Assembly: GCA_963663275.1 (NCBI GenBank)
Contig: OY760183.1
Span: 2,560,001 to 2,624,000, forward strand
DNA: 64,000 nucleotides
From: Chloroflexota bacterium
GTDB lineage: Bacteria > Chloroflexota > UBA11872 > VXOZ01
Direction: 5' to 3'
The stretch's first letter is position 1. Each line of letters starts with the position of its first letter. Below are positions 10,924 to 20,719 of this stretch, piece by piece. The position numbers were made by a program, and so were the translations under genes. The notes below the pieces were generated by a model. That model had not been told where the DNA came from and did not search any database. It saw only the letters and a list, made by a program, of their open reading frames with translations.

Positions 10924-12871
10924 AGACCGGAGCAGCGCGGCAACCTTGGTCGCGGATGATGAAATTGCGGATCCCCTCGCAAACGACTACACCGCCGCCG
11001 ACATCCAGGTGCTGGAAGGCCTGGAGCCGGTGCGCACCCGCCCGGGCATGTTCATCGGCAGCACGGACGTGCGGGGTCTCCATCACCTGGTCTACGAGGT
11101 AGTGGACAACAGCGTTGACGAGGCGCTGGCCGGCCTCTGCGACCGCATTCGCGTGACGCTCCACGCGGATAGCAGCGTAACGGTGGAGGACAACGGCCGC
11201 GGCATCCCGGTAGACGTGCACGAAAAGACCGGCGTCTCCGCCCTGGAGACCGTGCTGACGCGGCTTCACGCCGGCGGCAAGTTTGGCGGCAAGAGCTACA
11301 AGGTTTCCGGCGGCCTCCACGGTGTGGGCGTTTCCATCGTGAACGCGCTCTCCCAGTGGCTGGTGGCCACGGTCTACCAGGCGCCCGACGCCTACCGGCA
11401 GGAGTACCGCAACGGCGCGCCTCTGGGGCAGGTCGAACGCAACGGCGAGACCGAGCGGAACGGCACCACCATCCGGTTCCTCCCCGACCGCGCGATCATG
11501 GAGACCTTGGACTACGACTTCAACACGCTTGCCCAGCGATTCCGGGAGGTGGCCTACCTCTGCCCGGGGCTGCGGATCGAGTTCCGCGACGAGCGGGCCG
11601 GCCGCGAACTGACGTTCTACTTCGAGAGCGGCATCCGCGCCTTCGTCCACCAGATGAACCGCCGCAAGACGATCATCAACAGCGAGGAGATCTTCTTCAG
11701 CGGCGCGGCGGACTCGCTCCAGTTGGAAGCGGCGCTGCAATACACGCAGAGCTACGACGAACGCATCTACGCTTTCGCCAACACCATCAACAACGTGGAC
11801 GGCGGCACGCACCTCACCGGCTTTCGCTCCGCCTTGACGCGCACGCTCAACGACTACTCCCGCAAGCAGAACCTCATCAAGGAGAAAGACCTCTCGCTCA
11901 CCGGCGACGACGTGCGCACCGGCTTGACGGCGGTCATTAGCGTGCGGCTCATGAACCCGCAGTTCGAGGGCCAGACCAAAGCCAAGTTGGGCAATTCCGA
12001 AGTGCGCGGCTTCGTCGAGTCCACGGTCAATGAGAAACTCGGCCAGTACCTGGAAGAGCATCCGAGTGAGGCCAAGGCGATCATAGACAAGTGCCTCAAC
12101 GCCGCGCGCGCCCGCGTGGCCGCCCAGAAGGCCCGCGACATGGTGACGCGCAAGGGCTACCTGGACGTTTCCACGCTACCCGGCAAGCTTGCCGACTGCT
12201 CGGAGCGGAGTATGGAGAACGCCGAAATCTTCATCGTGGAGGGCGATTCGGCCGGCGGCAACGCCAAGCAAGGACGCGAGCGGCGCTTCCAGGCGATTCT
12301 CCCGCTGCGGGGCAAGATCCTCAATGCCGAGCGCACCAACCTGGACCGCATGCTCTCCAACGCGGAGATTCGCGCCCTGGTGACGGCGCTGGGCACGAGC
12401 ATCGGCGAGACGTTCGACATCGGCAAGTTGCGCTATGGCAAGATCATCATCATGACCGACGCCGACGTAGACGGCGCGCACATCCGCACGCTGCTCCTCA
12501 CTTTCTTCTTCCGCTACATGCGCGACATCATCACCAACCGGCGGCTCTACATCGCCCAAGCGCCGCTCTATCGCGTGGCGCGCAACCGGGACGTGCAGTA
12601 CGCCTGGGACGACGCGGAGCGCGACCGCATTCTCAAGCAGTTCAATCGCGCGAACGTCGCCATCCAGCGGTACAAGGGACTTGGCGAAATGAACGCCGAT
12701 CAACTCTGGGAGACCACCATGGATCCGGCGCGCCGCAAACTCCTCCACGTCATGCTGGAAGACCAGGCCGCCGTGAGTTCGGTGTTCGATCGTCTCATGG
12801 GGGACGACCCGCAGGCCCGCAAGCACTTCATCCAGGCGCATGCCAAGGAAGTCCAACATCTCGACGTTTAA
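10904..12871 (+). CDS. gyrB: DNA gyrase subunit B (type IIA topoisomerase B; ParE not excluded)
   Basis: EVVDNSVDE, DNGRGIP, HAGGKF, SGGLHGVG, EGDSAGG, PLRGKILN, MTDADVDGAHI, QRYKGLGEMN. Confidence 0.9.
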   Translation: MAKNTVEDRSSAATLVADDEIADPLANDYTAADIQVLEGLEPVRTRPGMFIGSTDVRGLHHLVYEVVDNSVDEALAGLCDRIRVTLHADSSVTVEDNGRGIPVDVHEKTGVSALETVLTRLHAGGKFGGKSYKVSGGLHGVGVSIVNALSQWLVATVYQAPDAYRQEYRNGAPLGQVERNGETERNGTTIRFLPDRAIMETLDYDFNTLAQRFREVAYLCPGLRIEFRDERAGRELTFYFESGIRAFVHQMNRRKTIINSEEIFFSGAADSLQLEAALQYTQSYDERIYAFANTINNVDGGTHLTGFRSALTRTLNDYSRKQNLIKEKDLSLTGDDVRTGLTAVISVRLMNPQFEGQTKAKLGNSEVRGFVESTVNEKLGQYLEEHPSEAKAIIDKCLNAARARVAAQKARDMVTRKGYLDVSTLPGKLADCSERSMENAEIFIVEGDSAGGNAKQGRERRFQAILPLRGKILNAERTNLDRMLSNAEIRALVTALGTSIGETFDIGKLRYGKIIIMTDADVDGAHIRTLLLTFFFRYMRDIITNRRLYIAQAPLYRVARNRDVQYAWDDAERDRILKQFNRANVAIQRYKGLGEMNADQLWETTMDPARRKLLHVMLEDQAAVSSVFDRLMGDDPQARKHFIQAHAKEVQHLDV

Positions 12872-13042
12872 TCGTTTATGTCATATACTGGAGAAGTGAG
12901 AGCGATTGAGAAGCCCCGGGGCTTGACCGACCGCGCCGCGCCGCTGAGAGCGTGACCGGGGTTGCTGCCTTACCGGCAGCCGCGCATGACCGCGAGGATC
13001 CAAAGATGTATCCTTAAGGCAAAGGCAACGGAGCCGCCTGGT

Positions 13043-14326
13043 ATGAACATATCTCCAGACAACGCGCAGTTCGTCGTGCTCAGCTTCGAAGGGCCGGACC
13101 GCTACTCCCAGGCCGGAGGCTTGGGCACGCGCGTTACCGAACTGACCCGCGCCCTGGCGCAGGCCGGTTACACTACCCACCTGCTATTCGTCGGCGACCC
13201 CAGCCTGCCCGGGGTCGAGTCCCGAGAGGACGGCAACCTGCGCCTCTACCGCTGGTGCCAGTGGATCAGCCAAGGGTACCCCAGCGGCGCGTACGAGGCC
13301 GAATGGGAAAAGCTGGCCGACTTCGCCAACAGCGTGCCCTGGTTCGTTACCGAACGCATTGTGCGGCCCGCCGCCGACCAGGGCAAACTCACCGTTATCA
13401 TGGCGGAAGAGTGGCACACGGCAGACACCCTCGCGCGCCTGAGCGATTCCCTGCACTTCAACGGCCTGCGCCAGCAGTGCGTGCTGTTGTGGAACGCGAA
13501 CAACGAGTACGGCTTCGGCCACCTCGACCTGCCGCGCCTGGGATTTGTCGCTACCATTACCACCGTAAGCCGGTTCATGAAGCACCGTCTCTGGGATTGG
13601 GGCCTGAACCCGCTGGTGCTGCCCAACGGCATCCCCAGCCGCCTGCTCGACAAAGTGCCGAAGCAGCCGGTCAGCAAGCTGCGCCGGGGCATGGCGGCCG
13701 ACTTCCTCTTGCTCAAGATGGGCCGGTTCGCCCCGGACAAGCGTTGGCTCCAGGCCATCGAGGCCGCGGCGCACCTCAAGCACGCCGGGCACCGGGTACG
13801 CTTCCTGGCGCGCGGCGGACTGGAGCCCCACGGCGGCGAGGTGCTGCACCGCGCGGCGGAGATGGGCCTGACCGTGCGCGACGTGCACAGCAATAACGCT
13901 CACGTGGATGACGCCGTTGACGCGATTCTCGCCGCCGGGGACGCGGACGTCCTGAATCTCCGCGACTTCGTGCCCGAGGCGTTGCAGCGCGTCTTCTACT
14001 CCGCCACCGACGCGGTGCTGACCAACAGCGGCTACGAACCGTTCGGTCTGGTGGGACTGGAGGCGATGGCGTGCGGGGCCGTGGTGGTTACGGGCACGAC
14101 GGGTGAAGACTACGCCGTGCAACTGCACAACGCGCTCTCGGTCGAAACCGACGACCCGGCGGAGCTTGCCAGCTATCTGCGCCTGGTTCACGAGCAACCC
14201 GACGCGGTGCGGCAGATCCAGCGCCACGCGCGGCAGACGGCGGCGCTCTTTACCTGGGAATCGGCCATTCGGGACCTGGTGGGCAAGGTTGGCTACCTGG
14301 CCGCCAAGCAAGGCCTCCAGCTCTAA
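13043..14326 (+). CDS. GT-B glycosyltransferase, family 4
   Basis: AGGLG N-terminal motif, PNGI, EPFGLVGLEAMACG. Confidence 0.88.
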   Translation: MNISPDNAQFVVLSFEGPDRYSQAGGLGTRVTELTRALAQAGYTTHLLFVGDPSLPGVESREDGNLRLYRWCQWISQGYPSGAYEAEWEKLADFANSVPWFVTERIVRPAADQGKLTVIMAEEWHTADTLARLSDSLHFNGLRQQCVLLWNANNEYGFGHLDLPRLGFVATITTVSRFMKHRLWDWGLNPLVLPNGIPSRLLDKVPKQPVSKLRRGMAADFLLLKMGRFAPDKRWLQAIEAAAHLKHAGHRVRFLARGGLEPHGGEVLHRAAEMGLTVRDVHSNNAHVDDAVDAILAAGDADVLNLRDFVPEALQRVFYSATDAVLTNSGYEPFGLVGLEAMACGAVVVTGTTGEDYAVQLHNALSVETDDPAELASYLRLVHEQPDAVRQIQRHARQTAALFTWESAIRDLVGKVGYLAAKQGLQL

Positions 14327-14336
14327 GGCGGAGCAG

Positions 14337-15542
14337 ATGGCTGATAACTTTGTGATCTACGTCATCGCCCACCAGCCGCGGCGCGTGCGCTTGCCCGCCT
14401 CCGTCATCCCGGCCGGCGCGGCGCCGGCGGAGATGGCCCCGCTGCTCTTCGACGAGCTAATGAACGAGCGGTACTTCCGCAAGGTGGCCCGCTACTGCTA
14501 CAAGCCGGCCACGGACTTGTGGCTGCGGCTGCTCGACTCCGGCCTCAAGCTCTGCTTTGGCATCTCGCTCTCGCTCGTCCGGCAGGCGCGGCAGTGGGAC
14601 CCGTCCGTGCTGGCGGGGTTCAAGCGCATCGTCGCCCATCCCAACACGGAACTGATCGGCGTCGAGCCGTACCACTCCTTCCTCATGCTCATCGATCTGC
14701 CGGCCTTCACGGCGCGCATGAGGGACATGGCCGATCAGGTGACCGAGATTTTCGGCAAGCGGCCGGTCGTGACCGACACCACCGAGATGCTCATCTCCGA
14801 TACGATTGTCAGCGCGTTGGGCGCGGCCGGCTTTCGCGGCGCTCTGATGGACGGCCGGGAGTGGCTACTCGATTGGCGCCAGCCAACCCACCTCTACTAC
14901 GACCACCCGGGCGTGAAACTGCTGGCGCGGCACTACGAACTCAGCGACGACGTCGGCTATCGCTTCTCGCAGCGCCAGTGGGCCGGTTGGCCGCTCATGG
15001 CGGACGACTACGCCCATTGGGTAGCGACCGCCGCGGGCCCGTTCGTAATGGCGGGCTGGGACTTCGAGACCTTTGGCGAGCACCAGTACTACGACAGCGG
15101 CGTCTTCGAGTTCATGGAGGCGCTGCCGCGCTACCTGAAACGCGAAGGCGTCAACCCGGCCACGGCCACGGAAGTAATCGACGCGTACGGCGGCCAAGCA
15201 TACCACCTCTCGCTGCCGCCTTTTCCCGGCACGTGGGCCGGTTCAGGAGGCGCCGAATTCTTTCTGGGCAACGACCCCCAGCGCGCCCTCTTTCACCTCA
15301 TGACCGCCTGCTATCACAAGGCGCGGCTTACGGAGAATGAAGAACTCATCGACCTTGCCCTCTGGCTGACGCAATCCGACAACCTGCACCTGATCAACTG
15401 GTGGGGCCGCTGGGGATCGGAAGCGGAGGTGTCCGTCTACTTCATGCCCGACGAGTGGTGGCGCTTGGGGGTGGACGGCATCATCTGGGAGCAGCAGTGC
15501 GTCTACAGAAACTTCCTGAAGGCGCTGGACTACTACCTGTAA
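14337..15542 (+). CDS. glycoside hydrolase family 57 (alpha-amylase-like)
   Basis: HQP, PYHS, TTE nucleophile region, LSDDVGYRFS, DFETFGEHQ, QSD conserved regions. Confidence 0.85.
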   Translation: MADNFVIYVIAHQPRRVRLPASVIPAGAAPAEMAPLLFDELMNERYFRKVARYCYKPATDLWLRLLDSGLKLCFGISLSLVRQARQWDPSVLAGFKRIVAHPNTELIGVEPYHSFLMLIDLPAFTARMRDMADQVTEIFGKRPVVTDTTEMLISDTIVSALGAAGFRGALMDGREWLLDWRQPTHLYYDHPGVKLLARHYELSDDVGYRFSQRQWAGWPLMADDYAHWVATAAGPFVMAGWDFETFGEHQYYDSGVFEFMEALPRYLKREGVNPATATEVIDAYGGQAYHLSLPPFPGTWAGSGGAEFFLGNDPQRALFHLMTACYHKARLTENEELIDLALWLTQSDNLHLINWWGRWGSEAEVSVYFMPDEWWRLGVDGIIWEQQCVYRNFLKALDYYL

Positions 15543-15579
15543 ACAGCGTGTCTCCCCACACCCCAGCCCTCTCCCCACG

Positions 15580-15720
15580 GAGACCTTTGCGTTACCCCTT
15601 CTCCATTGAGGGGGAAGGCCGGGATGGGGGTGAAAAGGCTTGACGGCAAGCAATCCAAAAGGGTAAAGGCGCCTCTGGATTCCGGTTTTCACCGGAATGA
15701 CAGAGTTGTGCAAAGGTCTC
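15580..15720. mobile_element. 141-bp MITE-like element, copy 1 (TIR GAGACCTTTGC...GCAAAGGTCTC)
   Basis: perfect 11-bp TIR; flanks CCACG/TCACG; inverted homolog at 31349-31488. Confidence 0.8.
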
Positions 15721-15748
15721 TCACGGGAAACTGACAAGCGTATGAAAG

Positions 15749-15842
15749 TGTCATTCCGAGCGGAGCGAGGAATCTAGAATTGACGATATTGCAGAGCAGC
15801 GCCTTAGATTCCTCTCTCCGCTTCGCTCCGTTCGGAATGACA
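15749..15842. repeat. inverted-repeat element of the TGTCATTCCGAGCGGAGCGAGGAATCT family
   Basis: homolog of 7565-7669 in the opposite orientation. Confidence 0.8.
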
Positions 15843-15973
15843 CGAGAAGTCGATGATGAGGCGCGTACCCTTATCAGCCCAGGGATGAGGCGCCTGCCCC
15901 AAATCAGCACAGGGATAGGGAGTCTTCTTGTGTTCCAGGCAGCGCCTCGACACTGTTGGTGGAGAGGCGGCTG

Positions 15974-17434
15974 CTACAGGCTCATGCGTTCGTCCGCCCG
16001 CGCCTTCCACTTGGCGTAGTTCGGCGATTGCAGCAGCGCGCCGTTCTCCTGGACCACCAACCGGCCGTTCTGTCCGCGCGGGTCGCCGCGCTCTTCATTG
16101 ACCCGGGCGAGCAACGCGCGCAACTCTTCGATTCGCCCTCCCGCTTCGGCTTTCCCCGCCAGATTGCGGCACTCCTGGGGATCGTCAACCAGGTTGAAGT
16201 AGCGTTCCCGGCCCGTGTGGTGGAACCACGTGTACTTCTCGCGCTTGGTCGCGATGAACTGCATGCCTTGGTCCCAGCCATGAATTCTGGTCTGTTCCCC
16301 TTGCAGGAATTCGCGCCATTCAGTTTCCTCGCCTCGCGCGAGCGGAAGAAGGCTCTTACCGTCGACCGAATCAGGGATCTCCACCCGCGCGGCCTCGAGC
16401 ACGGTCGGCATGAGGTCGCGCAGTTCGATGACTTCATCGCAGGAGCCGCCGCGCTCCTCGTCCCACGTGTCCGGATACTTGATGAAGAACGGGATACGCG
16501 CGGAGCCGTCGTTCGAGTACCCCTTGCGCCACAGACAGTGGTCGCCGAGCATGTCGCCGTGGTCTGAGGTGAAGATGAAGAGTGTGTTGCGCAAGGCATC
16601 GCGATCGCGCCAGCTACACTCATACAGGAAACGGCCCACCTGATGATCGATGAAGCTGATACTGCCGTAGTAAGCCGCGCGTGTGCGGTGCGCCTGCGCC
16701 TCTGGAGCCCGGCCGCGCCACGCCGTGGTGCTGGCAATCGGCTCGTCGTATTCCGCGGCCCAGTCGCCCATGGGCGGCGTGGGAATATCGGGGTTGTCCT
16801 TGTACATGTCGAAATAGACCGGTGGGGGATCGTAGGGCGCATGGGGGCGGGTGAACGACAGCCACAGAAAGAACGGGCACGTCGGATCGCGCCTCTCGAT
16901 GAACTTGACCGCTTCGCTCACCGTCCAATGGGTGGCGTGCAAGTGTTCCGGCAAGTGGCTTGGCCGGCCCAACAAGCTATTCCACTCGAGACCGTGGTCG
17001 AGGTCGCCGATCTTCCCGGCCGTCTCCTCGCGCAGCCAAGCCATGTAGTCAGTCCAGAGGCCGCGGCCCGTGCTATCCTGCACGGCTTCATAGAACCCGT
17101 AGAGCGCGCGTCTGGGAAACTGGTCCGACTTCCCTACGCTGGCCGTGTGGTACCCGGCCTTCATCAGTTCGCCCGCCAGCGTCGCCGGGAAGTCCAACGC
17201 GTCTTGACCGGCGCCACTGCCAAGACGTCCGTGATTCCACTGGTCCATGCCCGTCATCATGGCGGCCCGCGAGGGCAAGCAGGAAGGCGAACTGGTATAG
17301 CACCGCGTAAACTTCACGCCCCGCGCCGCCAGTTCGTCCAGATACGGCGTTTCCAAGACCGGATTGGCGTAGCCAATACAGTCCGAACGCTGCTGGTCGG
17401 TAATGATCACGACGATATTCGGGCGTTTTGGCAT
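15974..17434 (-). CDS. arylsulfatase / choline-sulfatase-like sulfatase
   Basis: PNIVVIITDQQR, CLPSR formylglycine motif, PHAPY, FTSDHGDMLGDH. Confidence 0.92.
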   Translation of the reverse strand: MPKRPNIVVIITDQQRSDCIGYANPVLETPYLDELAARGVKFTRCYTSSPSCLPSRAAMMTGMDQWNHGRLGSGAGQDALDFPATLAGELMKAGYHTASVGKSDQFPRRALYGFYEAVQDSTGRGLWTDYMAWLREETAGKIGDLDHGLEWNSLLGRPSHLPEHLHATHWTVSEAVKFIERRDPTCPFFLWLSFTRPHAPYDPPPVYFDMYKDNPDIPTPPMGDWAAEYDEPIASTTAWRGRAPEAQAHRTRAAYYGSISFIDHQVGRFLYECSWRDRDALRNTLFIFTSDHGDMLGDHCLWRKGYSNDGSARIPFFIKYPDTWDEERGGSCDEVIELRDLMPTVLEAARVEIPDSVDGKSLLPLARGEETEWREFLQGEQTRIHGWDQGMQFIATKREKYTWFHHTGRERYFNLVDDPQECRNLAGKAEAGGRIEELRALLARVNEERGDPRGQNGRLVVQENGALLQSPNYAKWKARADERMSL

Positions 17435-17545
17435 GATGTATGCTCCTGGCATTCCTTTCATTACAGGCTTCTACTTTAGAGAACAACGATGTGCCATGCC
17501 CAATGGTGGTGAGCGCGGGCAGCGTCATCTCAAAGTGCCGCCGCT

Positions 17546-18331
17546 TCACGCCAGCAGGAAGACCGGGTCTTTCTCAAGAATGCGCACGCCGATTTCCAGG
17601 AACGGCTTGGCCTCGATCAGGCGCAGCGTGGCGGCGCCGATTGTGCCCACGCGCATGATGCCGTGCTCATGGCAGACGGCGTCCATCTTCTCGAAGGCGC
17701 GGGGATGGTTGGGCAAGTGGGCGCGGGTCGGCACCGTGATGATGCGGCCTTCGAGGTCAATCACCATCGGGTAGAAGACCTCTTGACTCAGAATCGGCGC
17801 GCCGCCGGCCTCTTCGATGGTGTGGATCGTCGTATTGCTGTTCTGCCCGATGCCGATCAAGAGAACCTTGCCGCCACCGACGCAGTTCCGGTGCCAGGGC
17901 GTGCCGGGGCCGGTGGGATAGACGGCGGTTTCCGCGCCGGCCAGCAGCCAATCCCGCCGCGCGCCGATGGCGTGCAGGGTGTGGCAGGCGGATAGCGACG
18001 GCCGCGCTTCCGGCCGCTGCCGCAGCGCGTTTGTAATAGCACCCAGCTTGGAAGGCGTGACCCGCAGATCGAGAATGGGATCGTGCTTGATGTAGTGAAA
18101 GTGCGAGCCGCCGCGCCAGATCACCGGACTGGTCGGCACCGCAACCGTGCCGGCGTCTCCCACCGCCGCCAGTAGCGCGTCCACAACCGTGTCCGCGCCC
18201 CCCTCGACGTAGCCAAAGCGCGAGAGCGACGAATGCACGATGACGACGTCGCCTTCGGTTAGCCCAAGGCTGCCCAAGCCGTCTACGAGCATCGCATACG
18301 TTACGCGCGGCCGGTCTTCCGCAAGTGACAT
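17546..18331 (-). CDS. AAC(3)/YokD family N-acetyltransferase
   Basis: VHSSLSRFGYVEGGA, GTVAVPT, VLLIG...NTTIHTIEE. Confidence 0.85.
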   Translation of the reverse strand: MSLAEDRPRVTYAMLVDGLGSLGLTEGDVVIVHSSLSRFGYVEGGADTVVDALLAAVGDAGTVAVPTSPVIWRGGSHFHYIKHDPILDLRVTPSKLGAITNALRQRPEARPSLSACHTLHAIGARRDWLLAGAETAVYPTGPGTPWHRNCVGGGKVLLIGIGQNSNTTIHTIEEAGGAPILSQEVFYPMVIDLEGRIITVPTRAHLPNHPRAFEKMDAVCHEHGIMRVGTIGAATLRLIEAKPFLEIGVRILEKDPVFLLA

Positions 18332-18365
18332 GGTTCGCTGCTCACTCTCTGTGGGGTTTTCTGAT

Positions 18366-19403
18366 TCACACGTCTATCGTCTGGCCGGTCTCCATCGATG
18401 CCCGCACCGCCAAGCCCACGCGCAGGGCGCGCCTGCCGTCCTCGCCGGTGACGCGCGGCGGCTCGCCCCGGCGGATACGGGTGGCAAAGTCCTGAATCGA
18501 CTCCACGTATGCGTCCTGAGGCTGAAATTCGTGCGCGTGCTCCTGGCCGCGCTGGTCCGTGTGCACGAACCGGCTGGCCTGGATGTTGGCGATGACGCCG
18601 AGCGGACCCATAAGCTCTTCCTCCGGCGCGCTTTGTAACTGAAAGCCCGGGGCCATGCCGCACGAGGTCGTGATGACGCTCATGTCGCCGCTGCCGTATT
18701 CGATAAGCGCCGCGCCGGTATCGGGCGGTGCCGCGTCTGGGGGTTGGCGCTGCGCGTGCGCGCCGCCCCAGTGCGCGCCCCGCGCCGTCACGCGCACGGC
18801 CTCGCTGCGAAAGAGCCAGGCCCACAGATCGTAGTGGTCGGCAAAGAGATCGAGGAAGACGTCTCTGCTCGGCGATGCGCCCCGATCGGGAGCGCCGCTG
18901 GCATCCGCCGGAGGAGCGGCAACCGGCATGAGGCGATGCACGCGGTAGATCAAGGGACGACCGAGAGCGCCTTTGTCGAGCATAGTGCGCATGCGCAGGA
19001 AAGACGGCTGGTAGCGCCGGGGGAAGTTCATCCCCACGGCGACCCGCTTGCCCCGCGCCGTCGCCAGCAGCGAGTCGCACTCCTGCAGCGCGTGCGTAAT
19101 TCCCCGTTCGCACATTACGTGCTTATTGAGATTGGCGGCGTAGATGCCAATCGGTCCGTGCAAGGAAGAAGGCGTGCACAGGGACACGATGTTGATGTCC
19201 GGCCGCGCCAGGACAGCGTGGTAGTCGGCGCTCACCGTGCCGATGCCAAACTGGCGGGCCAGGTCGCGGGCGCGGACCTCGTCCACGTCTACCAAGGCAA
19301 CCACCTGGGAATCCGCAACCGTCTGCCAACCCATGATATGCCTGCGCGCGCTGGCGCCCGCGCCAATGACGCACGTGCGCACGCGGCTGACCGGAGTAAT
19401 CAT
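18366..19403 (-). CDS. Gfo/Idh/MocA family oxidoreductase (divergent motifs)
   Basis: IGAG Rossmann start, VALVD, CTP..LH, KHVMCE, P.VTGEDGR.AL. Confidence 0.8.
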   Translation of the reverse strand: MITPVSRVRTCVIGAGASARRHIMGWQTVADSQVVALVDVDEVRARDLARQFGIGTVSADYHAVLARPDINIVSLCTPSSLHGPIGIYAANLNKHVMCERGITHALQECDSLLATARGKRVAVGMNFPRRYQPSFLRMRTMLDKGALGRPLIYRVHRLMPVAAPPADASGAPDRGASPSRDVFLDLFADHYDLWAWLFRSEAVRVTARGAHWGGAHAQRQPPDAAPPDTGAALIEYGSGDMSVITTSCGMAPGFQLQSAPEEELMGPLGVIANIQASRFVHTDQRGQEHAHEFQPQDAYVESIQDFATRIRRGEPPRVTGEDGRRALRVGLAVRASMETGQTIDV

Positions 19404-19662
19404 CGTGCTGCATCCGCGAATACGAGAGGAAAGCCGTTCGCAAGGCGACTGGGGGAACCGTTCGCCAACGCGCGCACCGTTTCTTCTCCGCGCATTGCCC
19501 TGCGTGAAACGGCGGCGCGCCTTTCCTTAGTGTAGCGCACATCGGCGGCATAGGCGATACTATCCACGTAGGCTTATTTCCGCCAGACTGCGGGGTGAGG
19601 CCAGACCCCCGCCGCGGCCTGGGGATAGCGCGGAGGATTGTCCCGAAGGCAGCCGCACTTGC

Positions 19663-19846
19663 GTAGCGCGGGATCTTGTCCCCCGCTTCCGGGCACGAAC
19701 TCTTGGCGCCATCCCGGACAGGACATTCGGCCAAACCACTTTGTAGCGCGGGGGCTTGTCCCCCGCTGGTTTGCGGAAACAATAGACATCATCTTGGACT
19801 GGGCAATCGGCCAGCGCACAACGTAGCGCGGGGGCTTGTCCCCCGC
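19663..19846. repeat. three family-B REP palindromes at exact 80-bp period
   Basis: GTAGCGCGGG(GG/AT)CTTGTCCCCCGC at 19663, 19743, 19823; the intervening segments are related to each other. Confidence 0.85.
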
Positions 19847-19921
19847 ATCTTGGCGAATTCAAAGGCAACATATTGGACAGGGCGGTCGCGGCCCGCGAAC
19901 TATCTCGAAAGGCACTCGTCC

Positions 19922-20719
19922 GTGCGGGTATACATCAGCGTAGACATGGAAGGCTTGGCCGGGGTCGCCTTGCGCCAGCAGATCTCCCGCTACTTGGGCG
20001 GGCGTCACTATCAGCAGGGGCGCAGGCTGGTGATGGCGGAAGTCAACGCGGCGGTGGCCGGCGCGTTCGACGGCGGCGCGACAGGCGTGATTGTGCACGA
20101 CAACCACGGCAGCAGTATGAACATGTCCATCGAGGCGCTCGACCCGCGCGCGCAGGTATTCATGGGCAATCTGCCTTACCCGCGCTGCGCCCTGCTGGAG
20201 CCGGACGTGGATATCTACTTCTGCCTCGGCTATCACGCCGCGCAGGGCGCCCTGCACGCCTTTCGCGACCACACCGTGAGTTCGTCGCGCTGGAGCAACG
20301 TCTGGCTCAACGGCCTGGCGATTGGCGAATTGGGATTGAGCGCCGCGTGCGCCGGCGTGTACGGCGTGCCGGTCGGCCTGGTGGGCGGTGACGACAAGGT
20401 CTGCGCCGAGGCCCGCGCGGTGCTAGGCCCCGCCGTGGAGTTGGCGCCGGTCAAGACCGGACTGGGACGCCATGCCGCCGCGCTGCCGCCAATTGCCGCG
20501 CAGCACGCGCTCATTCGCCGGACCGCGGCGCGGGCGGTGCGCCGCGCGCGTGAGTTCAGGCCGTTCGTGGTCGCGCCGCCATACGAATTGTGCGCCCAGT
20601 ACACCTCGCCGGCGTTCCTGGACGCCCGCGCCTACGACGGGGAGCGCGTGACGCGACGCAACGGCACGACTCTCTGCTTGCGGGGCGACAACCTCATGGA
20701 ATTGGTAGGCGAAATGTAA
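19922..20719 (+). CDS. M55 family D-aminopeptidase (DppA-like)
   Basis: YISVDMEG, HDNHG, GYHA, DHT, GELG, GDD motifs; GTG start at 19922. Confidence 0.88.
   Translation: MRVYISVDMEGLAGVALRQQISRYLGGRHYQQGRRLVMAEVNAAVAGAFDGGATGVIVHDNHGSSMNMSIEALDPRAQVFMGNLPYPRCALLEPDVDIYFCLGYHAAQGALHAFRDHTVSSSRWSNVWLNGLAIGELGLSAACAGVYGVPVGLVGGDDKVCAEARAVLGPAVELAPVKTGLGRHAAALPPIAAQHALIRRTAARAVRRAREFRPFVVAPPYELCAQYTSPAFLDARAYDGERVTRRNGTTLCLRGDNLMELVGEM

Noticed and set aside
17546-18331. Acquired aminoglycoside resistance gene
   Set aside because: Host-like composition, catabolic neighbours and no mobile context; YokD-like homologs are widespread
19663-19846. CRISPR array (24-bp repeat, 56-bp gaps)
   Set aside because: Gaps are homologous to each other, the repeat is a dispersed GTAG REP, and there are no cas genes or leader
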